Shown: positions 50,306 to 61,027, numbered from the stretch's first letter. The stretch is DNA of 64,000 bases from Patescibacteria group bacterium (GCA_026397045.1 JAPLVO010000014.1:724-64723); one strand, 5' to 3'. Translations and numbers: made by a program. Notes: generated by a model from the sequence alone, not told the origin.

Positions 50306-50725
50306 TTACTTGGCGTATTTATTAAGGTTAGACTGGAAATAGTATATTGGAAGCAAAGACACTGCAACTAGTATCAGCGTAGAGCCTAGCTTTGGGGCAT
50401 TATTGAGCATAGCGAAGCTGTAGGGTTGATAAGTGATAGCCACAAACAGTGATCCAAGATAGCCAAGTATTATCGGAGCCAAAAACGCCGTAATTCGGCT
50501 GACATTACCCTTGGTAGTCTTCTCTATTGCACCTGCAAATCTCCAGAACCACCAGATATTCACCACTGGTATAAAAAACCAAAGGAAAAATGGCACTTTT
50601 TTAGCCTTGCCATTAATGACATTCATCTCAGTCTTAGTAATAAAGTACCAGTAGATATGGTAAACGCCAAATGTAAGAAGTGTTAACAATGTGATGGCTA
50701 AAAGTGATCTGTGTTTTACTCTCAT
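50306..50725 (-). CDS. DUF4234-like small membrane protein
   Basis: 139 aa, 4 TM, motif FGVYHIYWYF. Confidence 0.5.
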   Translation of the reverse strand: MRVKHRSLLAITLLTLLTFGVYHIYWYFITKTEMNVINGKAKKVPFFLWFFIPVVNIWWFWRFAGAIEKTTKGNVSRITAFLAPIILGYLGSLFVAITYQPYSFAMLNNAPKLGSTLILVAVSLLPIYYFQSNLNKYAK

Positions 50726-51045
50726 ATATTGCTCCTTATGATACTTTAATTATATGTCTATATTGCTTGGTAGTCTACCAAATCAAGCCGATGATAGCAA
50801 AAATCGCTATCCCCGCCCAAAAAATATTTAAAATAACTGTCTGCGCTGTTCTCTTGTATAAAGCTACTATGAGAATACCAATAGCACCAGTAAGATTTAG
50901 TAGCTGATAAAATAAGCTCGATGAACTGATCAAATTAACACTAATCAAGAAATAGGCTGCAATAATTGCTAGGGCACCATACCAGCCAGCTATTTCAGTG
51001 AAAATATTTATTTTAAGGGTTTTTTTGGGGGGTGATTTTTTGATA

Positions 51046-51519
51046 CTAACAAGCTCCGAGGTTTCTCTTGCGCAAATACTGCTGATGATACTCTTCGGCT
51101 CTCCAGAAAGTACTTGCGGCCACCAGCTGGGTTACTATTGGGTCGCTGTATTTTTTTGATTTTGTAAGCTCAGCTATTTTATGTTCGGCTAGTTTCTTTT
51201 GATTAGCATTGTGATAAAAAATAACACTCCGGTAGCTATCCCCTACATCTGGGCCTTGCCTATCGAGCTGAGTTGGGTCGTGTTTATCAAAAAAAATGTC
51301 TAGTAGCTCTGTGTAGCTTGTCTTGGCAGAGTCAAACTCTATTTGAACCGTTTCGGCGTGTCCAGTTGTGTGGCTACAAACTTGCTCGTAGGTGGGGTTG
51401 TCTACATTTCCACCTTCATACCCGACTGTGGTCTTGAGAACCTTAGCTTTAGTGCGAAAAGCTTCTTCTACTCCCCAAAAACACCCCCCACCAAAGTCTG
51501 CTAACTCAATATTACTCAT
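51046..51519 (-). CDS. msrA: Peptide methionine sulfoxide reductase MsrA
   Basis: Active site GGGCFWGVE. Confidence 0.92.
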   Translation of the reverse strand: MSNIELADFGGGCFWGVEEAFRTKAKVLKTTVGYEGGNVDNPTYEQVCSHTTGHAETVQIEFDSAKTSYTELLDIFFDKHDPTQLDRQGPDVGDSYRSVIFYHNANQKKLAEHKIAELTKSKKYSDPIVTQLVAASTFWRAEEYHQQYLRKRNLGAC

Positions 51520-51555
51520 TATGCCTTGCCTCCCATTAAGTAGTAGTATACTGGC

Positions 51556-52263
51556 CTAGCCAAGAAGTTGCGACTCATGCTGGCCTACTCCTACTTCCCA
51601 CACTTTAATGTCCTCACCACTTTCCTTGCCATAGCCGTCTTTTGCAGTCTGGACCACTACCTCTGCAACGCGATGGGCGGGCATTCCGTGGAAATTTGTC
51701 ATTTCGGTTGATGTCATGGTAGGGCTTACTGAATAAATATTGAGAGCTGGAGTCTCTAGTGCCAACACCTCAGTAAAAGATCTGACGGCGGCCTTTGTGG
51801 CACTATAGACGCTTAAATCTATAGTCGGGTTAGATCGTGATCCACCCACTATATTAATGATAGATTTCCTGACATGAGGCAAAAAAGCCTTGGTCATGAT
51901 AATCAAGCCTAGGAAATTCACATTTATTTGTTCCTCGATATCTTCATAAGTAAGATCTGTAAATTTTTTCCATCGCATCACCGCCGCGTTATTAACCAGA
52001 ATATCGACGCCGCCATACTTAAGTACGACAGTTTTTTGTAACGCTCTAATACTGGACTCGCTCCTAACATCTAGCTGGGCTAAAAATGTCGATTTCGCAC
52101 CCAGAGCAAGGCATTTATTCGAGACAGTCTCGGCCTGACCTATCTCGTCCAGGAAGGTTATTATCACATTGCAACCTTGCTTAGCAAAAGCTTCAGCTGT
52201 CTCAGCACCTATTCCCCTGCTTGATCCTGTTATGAGAACTGTTTTACCGATTATTTTTTGCAT
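51556..52263 (-). CDS. Short-chain dehydrogenase/reductase (SDR)
   Basis: TGSSRGIG cofactor motif, catalytic YSATK. Start set at MQKIIGKTVLITG (52263), because the longer ORF-track N-terminus overlaps msrB on the opposite strand. Confidence 0.85.
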   Translation of the reverse strand: MQKIIGKTVLITGSSRGIGAETAEAFAKQGCNVIITFLDEIGQAETVSNKCLALGAKSTFLAQLDVRSESSIRALQKTVVLKYGGVDILVNNAAVMRWKKFTDLTYEDIEEQINVNFLGLIIMTKAFLPHVRKSIINIVGGSRSNPTIDLSVYSATKAAVRSFTEVLALETPALNIYSVSPTMTSTEMTNFHGMPAHRVAEVVVQTAKDGYGKESGEDIKVWEVGVGQHESQLLG

Positions 52264-52306
52264 AATTCTATTATAAAGCATTACAATAGTAAAGTAGGAG
52301 AATATA

Positions 52307-52696
52307 ATGGATAAAAAAGAACTTAAAAAAAAGCTGAGCCCGATGGCGTTTAGAGTTACGCAGGAACACGGCACCGAACCTGCCTTTACGGGCGTATATG
52401 TCGACAACCACGCCGAAGGCACATATCGCTGCGTGGTATGTGGGCAAAAACTTTTTGAAAGCGATACTAAATTCGACAGCGGAACTGGCTGGCCTAGCTT
52501 CGATAAGGCCATACCAGGATCTACGGTAATGAACTCAGACGACAGGTATGGAATGAATCGCATTGAAGTTAGCTGCAGTAAATGCGGTGCTCACCTGGGG
52601 CATATGTTCGATGACGGTCCAAGCAAAACAACTGGGGAAAGATTCTGTATTAATTCCTGTGCACTAGATCTAAAAAAGAAAGAAGGCAAACAATGA
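52307..52696 (+). CDS. msrB: Peptide methionine sulfoxide reductase MsrB (Zn-type, two CxxC)
   Basis: CVVCGQKLF...CSKCGAHLGHMFDDGP...RFCINSCAL; SD AGGAG upstream. Confidence 0.92.
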   Translation: MDKKELKKKLSPMAFRVTQEHGTEPAFTGVYVDNHAEGTYRCVVCGQKLFESDTKFDSGTGWPSFDKAIPGSTVMNSDDRYGMNRIEVSCSKCGAHLGHMFDDGPSKTTGERFCINSCALDLKKKEGKQ

Positions 52697-53346
52697 CGAG
52701 TAACCTAAAGGCTGTATTCCTTAATTGCACACTAAAAAAATCACCTAAAAAATCAAATACAGATGCATTAATTCAAAAGGCTGTGGATGTATATGAAGAA
52801 ATTAAAGTCGATAGCACTGTGATCCGTGTGGTTGACCACAATGTAGCTACTGGGGTTAGCTCAGATGAAGGACATGGTGACGAGTGGCCACAAATTTACA
52901 AAAAAGTCTTAGAAGCCGATATTATAATAATTGCTACTCCGATATGGTTTGGGGTGCGCGGTTCAGTCTGCCAGCAGGTAATGGAGCGGCTAAGTGGCGG
53001 CTACGACGAAGCAGACCCAAAAACAGGGCAATTCCCACTCTACGGCAAAGTTGGTGCATGCATTGTGACTGGTAATGAAGATGGTGCACATGATGTTTGT
53101 GCTAACACGCTATTTAATCTGACCCACATAGGATGCACTATTGCTCCTAACTCCGATAGCTATTGGGTTGGCGAGGCAGGCCCAGGGCCAAGTTACATCG
53201 AGGTCGGCCAAAAAAGCCTTTATACCAATAGAACAATCAGATTCTTAGCCCACAACACTGCCTGGATGGCCCAAATGCTCAAAAATAATCCGATACCAAC
53301 AAATCTCAAAGAACTCGAAGAGAAAGCAAAAAAAGTCAGCACCTAA
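52693..53346 (+). CDS. Flavodoxin-like NAD(P)H-dependent FMN reductase family protein
   Basis: 217 aa; flavodoxin-fold pattern (…IIIIATPIWFG…); 4-nt overlap with msrB, so co-transcribed. Confidence 0.6.
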   Translation: MTSNLKAVFLNCTLKKSPKKSNTDALIQKAVDVYEEIKVDSTVIRVVDHNVATGVSSDEGHGDEWPQIYKKVLEADIIIIATPIWFGVRGSVCQQVMERLSGGYDEADPKTGQFPLYGKVGACIVTGNEDGAHDVCANTLFNLTHIGCTIAPNSDSYWVGEAGPGPSYIEVGQKSLYTNRTIRFLAHNTAWMAQMLKNNPIPTNLKELEEKAKKVST

Positions 53347-53732
53347 TGCTTGATAAATTTCTTACGCACCCACTATTGGCGCTAAATTTTGCTATCGAGC
53401 TAACCCTCGGCCTAACTATGGTTATCTATCCTCAGCTCATTACAAGCCTGGGAGGAGTTGATATTTCAGAAGTCCTACTACGGACATGCGGCATGTTAGC
53501 TCTTTCGGTATCGGCTTTCTCTCTACTATCAATTTATTTTATTATAAACACAACCGAGAAGCACAAAGTTAAAAATTTTGTATACTTAAATTTATTGATA
53601 TTTAATTTAGCCCTAACTATTGGCCTGCTTTATGCAGCGATAACAGGAGAGATATCTTATTTAGGTGCAATTGTTCACGCGCCTTTAGCATTGGCTTTCG
53701 CTGTGTCGCTATATCTTAGTTATAAGCGGTAA
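53346..53732 (+). CDS. Small 4-TM membrane protein
   Basis: 128 aa, TAATG start/stop overlap with the preceding gene. Confidence 0.5.
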   Translation: MLDKFLTHPLLALNFAIELTLGLTMVIYPQLITSLGGVDISEVLLRTCGMLALSVSAFSLLSIYFIINTTEKHKVKNFVYLNLLIFNLALTIGLLYAAITGEISYLGAIVHAPLALAFAVSLYLSYKR

Positions 53733-54108
53733 AGCCTTCTATAGTTGCCAGGGTATGTTTATCAAATAGAACAGCTTTAACCCCCAGCTTAGCTGCTACA
53801 TCCAAGTAGTGCTGGGTATCATCGACAAAAATTGCTTCGTGCGGCCTTAACTTCAATTTCTCTAAAGCGGACTCGTAGAATCTTGGGTCCGACTTGGCAA
53901 TCCCGAGCTCGTTGGTGGTTTGAACAAGATCAAAATATCTATCTATGTTATTTTGCTGAAGCCACGGATGTAAATCTACATCCGATGCAGATAATATTGC
54001 AAATCTATACTCATCCTTATTTCGCTTAATAAATTCTGCTAATTCTGGATTAAGCTGGCCCTGGATATTGATGACGCCATAAAAATCCCAGAAGATTGCC
54101 TTTATCAT
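53716..54108 (-). CDS. Small HAD-like hydrolase fragment/protein
   Basis: 130 aa; N-terminal IFWDFYGVI (motif I-like, second Asp replaced by Tyr) and C-terminal FVDDTQHYLDVAAKLGVKAV (motif IV-like). Confidence 0.45.
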   Translation of the reverse strand: MIKAIFWDFYGVINIQGQLNPELAEFIKRNKDEYRFAILSASDVDLHPWLQQNNIDRYFDLVQTTNELGIAKSDPRFYESALEKLKLRPHEAIFVDDTQHYLDVAAKLGVKAVLFDKHTLATIEGFTAYN

Positions 54109-55877
54109 AAGGTTTCGAGTTCATCTTGCCAGTGCTTAATGAGTTCAAAACTTCCCTGCCAAAACTCTGCTGAACTCATGTCAATTCCGACCTTCTGGAG
54201 TATTATTCTGGGGTCCTCAGAGCCCCCTGCGGCGAGAATTTCCTCGATTTTTGGTACGAAGCTTTCGCCTTCACTCTTATATTTGGCATATAGAGCCATG
54301 CTAAGTAGTTCGCCAAAATTGTATGCATAGCAATAAAATGGGGTATGAATTATGTGCGGTATATAAGCCCATTCGTACCTAAACATTTCATCGACATCGA
54401 CACTATCTCCAAATTGCTCTTTAAGATTATCGAGCCACATTTGGCTAAGGTCTTTCTCTTCAACTCCGCTTTTGAGTGCTTCATGCGCTGCTATCTCAAA
54501 TTTAACGATAAAGTTCTGGCGGCAAACGGTTGCATAACTATCGGCTAACTTTTCACTCAATAATTTTTTCTTGGCATCATTAGTTTTGGCCCTAGAAAGT
54601 AATTTTTCAAATAATAACATCTCCCCAAATGTCGAGGCTGTCTCGGCAAGTGGCAAAGTGGCATGCTGAGCAGATATGGTGTGATTATTGGCATAAATAC
54701 TATGAACACCATGGCCCAGTTCATGGGCTAGAGTGCTCACATCTCGGCCCTTGCCATCGTAATTGAGCAAAACATATGGTGTCACCGATGGCGCTACAGT
54801 CATACAAAACGCCCCACCGCGCTTGGTATCACCGGGGTGGGTATCTACATGATTTTGGTCGGTAATCAGCTTAGCATTATCGGCAAACTTAGGGCTAAAC
54901 TCCCTAAATGACTCATCCACTAAAGCAAGTGCCTCGTCGTATTTATAGTTCTCTACGGAATCACCAATTGGGGCATAGAGGTCAAACCTACTAAGCTTTT
55001 CCACTCCCAGCTGGCGGGCCTTAAACCCAAAATACCTTTGGAATACACCAACATTACTAGAGCAGACCTTCATGAGGGTGTCTATGACTTCATCTTGTAT
55101 ATGATTGGCCGTATTTCGCATTCCTATCGCAGACCCATAGCCCCTTAAATCATATTCATAGTTCCAGTCCTTCACTACTGCCTGGTATGCCACAAAGAAT
55201 TTATCAATGTTTTTTGAGTACTGGTCAAACCTAGCCTTAAAAGCTGCCCTTCGCTCTTCGGGCTTAGCTGAGTAGGCATAGCTGCTTAGCTCGGCATTAT
55301 TTGAAATTTTCTTAGGCTCCCCACCCTCTGGCTGAAAATCGTAGACCATCTCTGTCTCTATCATATCTCTTAGATCAATAATTACGCTCACGCCGTTTGC
55401 ATCTTTGGCGGTAATGATATTCTCAGAATTTTCATCTAGGCTGTGGTGGCTCATAAGCCTAGAATAAGTGTATTGATACTCGTTGTCAGGATTCAACCTA
55501 AAAAGTCGCATTGCATTTTCGTCGTCTAGCAGCTTCTTGCCAGCCACACTTTTCCCTTTAAGCCAAAGGCTAATAGGGCGTACATTCTTACTAAATTCAA
55601 TCTCTAAATCCTTTACTTGGTTCTTTAGCTTTAGCGCGAGGCTATCTTTCTGATCGGCAGATTCCATAAGGCTGGGCCTACAACTAAGTCGGTGCATGCC
55701 CTCGATGGTAGTTTCATGATGCTTTGTGAAGTCAAGAAAATCATCGTCCGACATATCAGGCGACATCTTTTTAAAATGCCCCGGGAACTGAGCAATCTGA
55801 GATTTAGTGAGATTATACAGTTCATCGAAGTTATCCAAGCTAACTACATCGTCTAAGTTCCAGTTTTTTGATTCCAT
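54105..55877 (-). CDS. pepF: Oligoendopeptidase F (M3B metallopeptidase)
   Basis: Zinc motif HELGHGVH, 590 aa, M3B length and architecture. Confidence 0.88.
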   Translation of the reverse strand: MESKNWNLDDVVSLDNFDELYNLTKSQIAQFPGHFKKMSPDMSDDDFLDFTKHHETTIEGMHRLSCRPSLMESADQKDSLALKLKNQVKDLEIEFSKNVRPISLWLKGKSVAGKKLLDDENAMRLFRLNPDNEYQYTYSRLMSHHSLDENSENIITAKDANGVSVIIDLRDMIETEMVYDFQPEGGEPKKISNNAELSSYAYSAKPEERRAAFKARFDQYSKNIDKFFVAYQAVVKDWNYEYDLRGYGSAIGMRNTANHIQDEVIDTLMKVCSSNVGVFQRYFGFKARQLGVEKLSRFDLYAPIGDSVENYKYDEALALVDESFREFSPKFADNAKLITDQNHVDTHPGDTKRGGAFCMTVAPSVTPYVLLNYDGKGRDVSTLAHELGHGVHSIYANNHTISAQHATLPLAETASTFGEMLLFEKLLSRAKTNDAKKKLLSEKLADSYATVCRQNFIVKFEIAAHEALKSGVEEKDLSQMWLDNLKEQFGDSVDVDEMFRYEWAYIPHIIHTPFYCYAYNFGELLSMALYAKYKSEGESFVPKIEEILAAGGSEDPRIILQKVGIDMSSAEFWQGSFELIKHWQDELETL

Positions 55878-55916
55878 AATACTATTTTACTATAAAGAAA
55901 CCAGATTATCCTACAT

Positions 55917-56312
55917 TTAATATGCCAAAACACACATTAGAGTAATAATCACCGAGCAAAAGTGCCACATACCATGGTAAACATCATATTTGTGATCCTT
56001 ACCAGACAATAAGAAATAAAAAGCGATAACCACAAAAATTAAAGCAATCGGAAAATACGGCAGCTTTAAGCCTGACAAATATAATATGTAAAGATTAGCG
56101 GTTATTACACTATATGCTAAAATTTTATCTAGTCGCTTCAGCTCCTTTTCATTGGACAAATGATAATATAGCGACACACTGGCAGCCAGTGCGATGAGCA
56201 GTCCGTAAGCCCAAAGACCTTTCGTAAAAGCCAGCCCCGCTGGAATGTAAAATGGCACATTGCTCCAGATGGGGATAATTTCTTTATCGGATAGTAGCTT
56301 AGATAACCTCAT
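55917..56312 (-). CDS. Small membrane protein (4 TM)
   Basis: 131-aa hydrophobic ORF. Confidence 0.45.
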   Translation of the reverse strand: MRLSKLLSDKEIIPIWSNVPFYIPAGLAFTKGLWAYGLLIALAASVSLYYHLSNEKELKRLDKILAYSVITANLYILYLSGLKLPYFPIALIFVVIAFYFLLSGKDHKYDVYHGMWHFCSVIITLMCVLAY

Positions 56313-56393
56313 ATTATTATAATATCAAGGTTGTACGAAAAAATCATTGATAGCCTGCTACCCAATATAAGTTGCTCTTTATGGTCTACGGCG

Positions 56394-57182
56394 TTATCTG
56401 CCAAATATTCTACCGAGCTGAGAACCGGCGGCTTGCCACCACGGCGCAGTGTAGCGCAGGCGAGGCTTGTCGGCCTCTACTGCTGCAACAATCTTTTTGA
56501 CTATTGAGCTATTACTTTTTCTCTCAAACAGAGCAAATCTTGCCTCTTCATTTTTCTTGATCTTATCTATTACTTTATTAAAATAAGAAGATTTGTCCAT
56601 CCAGGCGTATTTGCTATTCATCACCCTCTGATTGAAGCCCGTGGCGTAGGTGCCAGGCTCGACTACAATAATATTGACATTTTTGGTTACTAGCTTAAGC
56701 TCTTGGCGCATAATGTCGGCAGCAGCCGAAAGCGAGAATTTGGTCATGCAATAGGCTCCCCAAAAAGCTATCGGCATACGCCCAGCTAATGAGCTAATGA
56801 TAATAACTTTGCCAGAATCTTTTTTGATCATTTTTTTGAGTACACCCTGGGTTAGTTCAAGGGTGCCAAAAACATTAGTTTCAAAGTTTTTTCTAACATT
56901 AGACATTGGTATTTCGGCCAGTGAGCCTGATTCGCCAATAGCGGCGTTGTTTATTAGTACATCGATATCAAGCGCCAGTGCTTTGTCTCTATCTTGTTTC
57001 ATGGTGATATCGAGTTTGAATATTTCAAGTCTTATGCCCTGCTGCGCGGCAAAGGTCTTAAGTTCTTCTACCGACTTTTCTCTATGTACGGTGGCATATA
57101 CCTTGTAGCCAAGCCTTGCGAGGGCCACTGCACTGTCTAAGCCTATGCCGCCGCGGCATCCGGTTATTAATACTTTTATCAT
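56394..57182 (-). CDS. Short-chain dehydrogenase/reductase (SDR)
   Basis: ITGCRGGIG nucleotide-binding motif, YCMTK catalytic motif. Confidence 0.85.
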   Translation of the reverse strand: MIKVLITGCRGGIGLDSAVALARLGYKVYATVHREKSVEELKTFAAQQGIRLEIFKLDITMKQDRDKALALDIDVLINNAAIGESGSLAEIPMSNVRKNFETNVFGTLELTQGVLKKMIKKDSGKVIIISSLAGRMPIAFWGAYCMTKFSLSAAADIMRQELKLVTKNVNIIVVEPGTYATGFNQRVMNSKYAWMDKSSYFNKVIDKIKKNEEARFALFERKSNSSIVKKIVAAVEADKPRLRYTAPWWQAAGSQLGRIFGR

Positions 57183-57261
57183 GACACTCCTTTTGCGGTT
57201 TTTTAGCTATTTACAACTTTTATTATAGACCTTTTAGTGCCCATTATCGCAACAAACATTC

Positions 57262-57315
57262 TCATAATAAAAACCCGAGGCAAGCTCGGGCATTTATTAT
57301 GGCGGAGAGAGGGAT
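57262..57315. repeat. Direct repeat copy A: terminator hairpin + partial tRNA-Ser 3'-end (about 53 nt)
   Basis: cataataaaaacccgaggcaagctcgggcatttattatggcggagagag(ga)gggat is shared with 57427-57482, with only a 2-nt GA indel. Confidence 0.8.
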
Positions 57316-57426
57316 AGCGGCTTGCGCCTTTTCCGCTTCAATCATGCTCGAAGTAAACTTCTGCGCGTGCTTTCGCTCCACCGAACCCTGCTGCAAGCAG
57401 CAGTAGGGTTCTCATTATATCTATTC

Positions 57427-57482
57427 CATAATAAAAACCCGAGGCAAGCTCGGGCATTTATTATGGCGGAGAGAGAGGGATT
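57427..57482. repeat. Direct repeat copy B (overlaps the genuine 3' end of tRNA-Ser plus its terminator)
   Basis: See copy A; this copy covers the last 19 nt of the tRNA (CCA, the acceptor 3' strand and part of the T-stem) plus the downstream hairpin CCCGAGCTTGCCTCGGG+U-run. Confidence 0.8.
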
Positions 57483-57553
57483 CGAACCCTCGAGACGGTT
57501 GCCCGCCTACACGCTTTCCAAGCGTGCTCCTTCAGCCACTCGGACACCTCTCC
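57464..57553 (-). tRNA. tRNA-Ser (anticodon GGA), class II with long variable arm, CCA encoded
   Basis: Minus strand: GGAGAGGTGTCCGAGTGGCTGAAGGAGCACGC-TTGGAAA-GCGTGTAGGCGGGCAACCGTCTCGAGGGTTCGAATCCCTCTCTCTCCGCCA; GTTCGAATCC T-loop, 7-nt anticodon loop TTGGAAA. Confidence 0.85.
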
Positions 57554-57630
57554 GTGCGGGGTATAGTTTAGCAAAAAAAGCCCGTTTTGGGAAAACCTCG
57601 TAGCACAAAGTTTGACCCCAATAATACTGC

Positions 57631-58677
57631 TTAGCCGAGTTCTTTTTTGAGCTTTTCTACCAAATCCACTGGGGTTGGATTAATTCCATTAGCAATTCCA
57701 ACATAGGCTGAGACATAATCGCCTAGCAAGATAGTAGAAAGCAACTGCTCTATAAGTGTCTGGCCTTGGGCTTCTATAACTATTGGCTCAAAGCCTTTGT
57801 CTTTTAAGATATTTTTGGTGATGTCCATGCGCTTTTGCATTTGAGCGCTTTCCAAGCTAGATTCCAGCTGTACAGATACAACATCTTTCTTTTCAGGGAA
57901 CATCCAGCCCTGGAATTCATTATGATTTAGCTCCGGGTAGGTATTATAAAAACACAATTGCTTGCCATTTTCGTTGATATCTATCTTCCATTTATAGGCG
58001 GCCGAGCCAAGTACTGAGCCTGAGTAAATAATCCCGATCTTTCCCGCTAACTGCTCGGCGATTTCCATTGCCCGGTTACTGGTATCATTATCCGGGCTCA
58101 TCTCAAATTTTAATTTATCTAAAAAGTCTGCAGCATTAATAAGCTGCCCACGCAAATCTGTGGAGGAGGATAGCCTCATGTCCTCAAATAAGCACGCTAA
58201 GGCCTTTAGCCCAGCGAATACAGCTAATCTTGGCTGAACCCCTGCAGGTAGCTCTAATAGGCCGTGGTGTTTCTGCTGGGCGAGGTCCATCAGCTCGCCA
58301 CCAGCTGTCATAATGACTATCCTAGCATTCAGGCCCAAGGCCTGCTTGTAGCAGCTAAGAGCCTCTTCGGTATTGCCGGAATGCGATGACACCACAACTA
58401 AGGTGTCTGGGCCTACATAGCTAGGCAAATTGTACCCTCTAGTTATTTCAAAAGGCACCACCAGACTACCGTAAAGCCAGCTTTTAATTATATTTGCAGC
58501 CAGTGCCGAGCCACCCATCCCAGCTAGCACTATGCCCGATATACCCACCCCATCTTCGGCAGTGATATCCTCATGCATGGTGTCGGCATAATTGCGCCTC
58601 AACTGCTCGGGCTGAGCTCCAATCATGTCGAATATGCGATCTTTATCCAGTTCATTTATTTTAGCTATATCTATCAT
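57631..58677 (-). CDS. Bifunctional phosphoglucose/phosphomannose isomerase (SIS-domain, PGI/PMI family)
   Basis: 348 aa; two SIS-like halves (…LVVVSSHSGNTEE…). Confidence 0.7.
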   Translation of the reverse strand: MIDIAKINELDKDRIFDMIGAQPEQLRRNYADTMHEDITAEDGVGISGIVLAGMGGSALAANIIKSWLYGSLVVPFEITRGYNLPSYVGPDTLVVVSSHSGNTEEALSCYKQALGLNARIVIMTAGGELMDLAQQKHHGLLELPAGVQPRLAVFAGLKALACLFEDMRLSSSTDLRGQLINAADFLDKLKFEMSPDNDTSNRAMEIAEQLAGKIGIIYSGSVLGSAAYKWKIDINENGKQLCFYNTYPELNHNEFQGWMFPEKKDVVSVQLESSLESAQMQKRMDITKNILKDKGFEPIVIEAQGQTLIEQLLSTILLGDYVSAYVGIANGINPTPVDLVEKLKKELG

Positions 58678-58805
58678 GTTTCCTCCTAATAGCTATATTG
58701 TACCACTTATAATGCCTACATATCAGCTAGGCAAAGTACCTAAGGCCATATTCCACTCGCTTATTAGCCCAACCAAAATATAATATTTATTCTTATAAAG
58801 ACTTA

Positions 58806-58985
58806 GGGCCAGAACTTGCGTCCTGGCCCCGGTATTTTATTTACCCACAGATACCACCTGTGCTTCTGAGGAGGAAAGGAGTCCTCAGAAGAAATCGGGC
58901 CCTGAGGCTAGAGAGTTCTACGACAGTAGAATAAAGCTTCAAAAGCCTACTCTCTAGCCTCCCCTTGGCTCCCGCGTTTTTTTGG
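58806..58985. other. Highly structured intergenic element (three strong hairpins incl. a 12-bp perfect stem), candidate ncRNA/regulatory region
   Basis: H1 GGGCCAG-N10-CTGGCCC + T-run; H2 CTTCTGAGGA-GGAAAGGAG-TCCTCAGAAG; H3 GAGGCTAGAGAG...(inner TTCTAC-GACA-GTAGAA)...CTCTCTAGCCTC followed by GCGTTTTTTT. Confidence 0.4.
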
Positions 58986-59050
58986 CTTGTGCCAGAATTA
59001 AATAATATCATAATTATAGTATTATGTCAATACTATAATATAACTAAATT

Positions 59051-59088
59051 ATAAAAATAACCCCCAACTTTACGGGGGTTATTTTTTT
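59051..59088. terminator. Bidirectional rho-independent terminator downstream of groEL (AACCCCC-N8-GGGGGTT flanked by A/T runs)
   Basis: Inverted repeat with T-run on + and ATTTTTAT on the minus strand, 30 nt after the groEL stop. Confidence 0.7.
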
Positions 59089-59119
59089 AATCTTTAAGCC
59101 ACTGGCTACCGGAAGGGAG

Positions 59120-60766
<1,647 letters not shown>

Positions 60767-61027
60767 TTATTTTATCACCGCGAGGATATCTTCCTCTTTG
60801 GCTATCATATAATCTTTATTATCTACCTTTACTTCATCTGGGCCATAGCTCTTATAGAGCACTGTGTCGCCCGCAGCTACTTCTTTGACTTCCTTACCGA
60901 CTTCAAGAACCTTGGCCATCTTGGGCTTCTCCTGGGCACTGTCGGGCAATATAATGCCACTCTTGGTCTGTTCTAACTGTTCAAGTTGTTCTAACACAAT
61001 ACGATCTGCTAGTGGTTGGATCTTCAT
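60767..61027 (-). CDS. groS: Co-chaperonin GroES
   Basis: MKIQPLADRIVLEQ...TKSGIILPDSAQEKP...; start set at MKIQPL (SD GGGAGG 6 nt upstream); the longer ORF-track N-terminus is rejected. Confidence 0.9.
   Translation of the reverse strand: MKIQPLADRIVLEQLEQLEQTKSGIILPDSAQEKPKMAKVLEVGKEVKEVAAGDTVLYKSYGPDEVKVDNKDYMIAKEEDILAVIK

Noticed and set aside
50760-50990. Possible 57-aa TTG-initiated hydrophobic ORF on the minus strand between msrA and the DUF4234 gene
   Set aside because: No SD and only a TTG start; it may be real (small membrane peptide) but the evidence is insufficient.
51556-52563. Long 335-aa version of the SDR ORF
   Set aside because: The N-terminal 100 codons overlap msrB on the opposite strand and lack SDR features. 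An internal Met immediately precedes the TGSSRGIG motif, so 52263 was chosen as the start.
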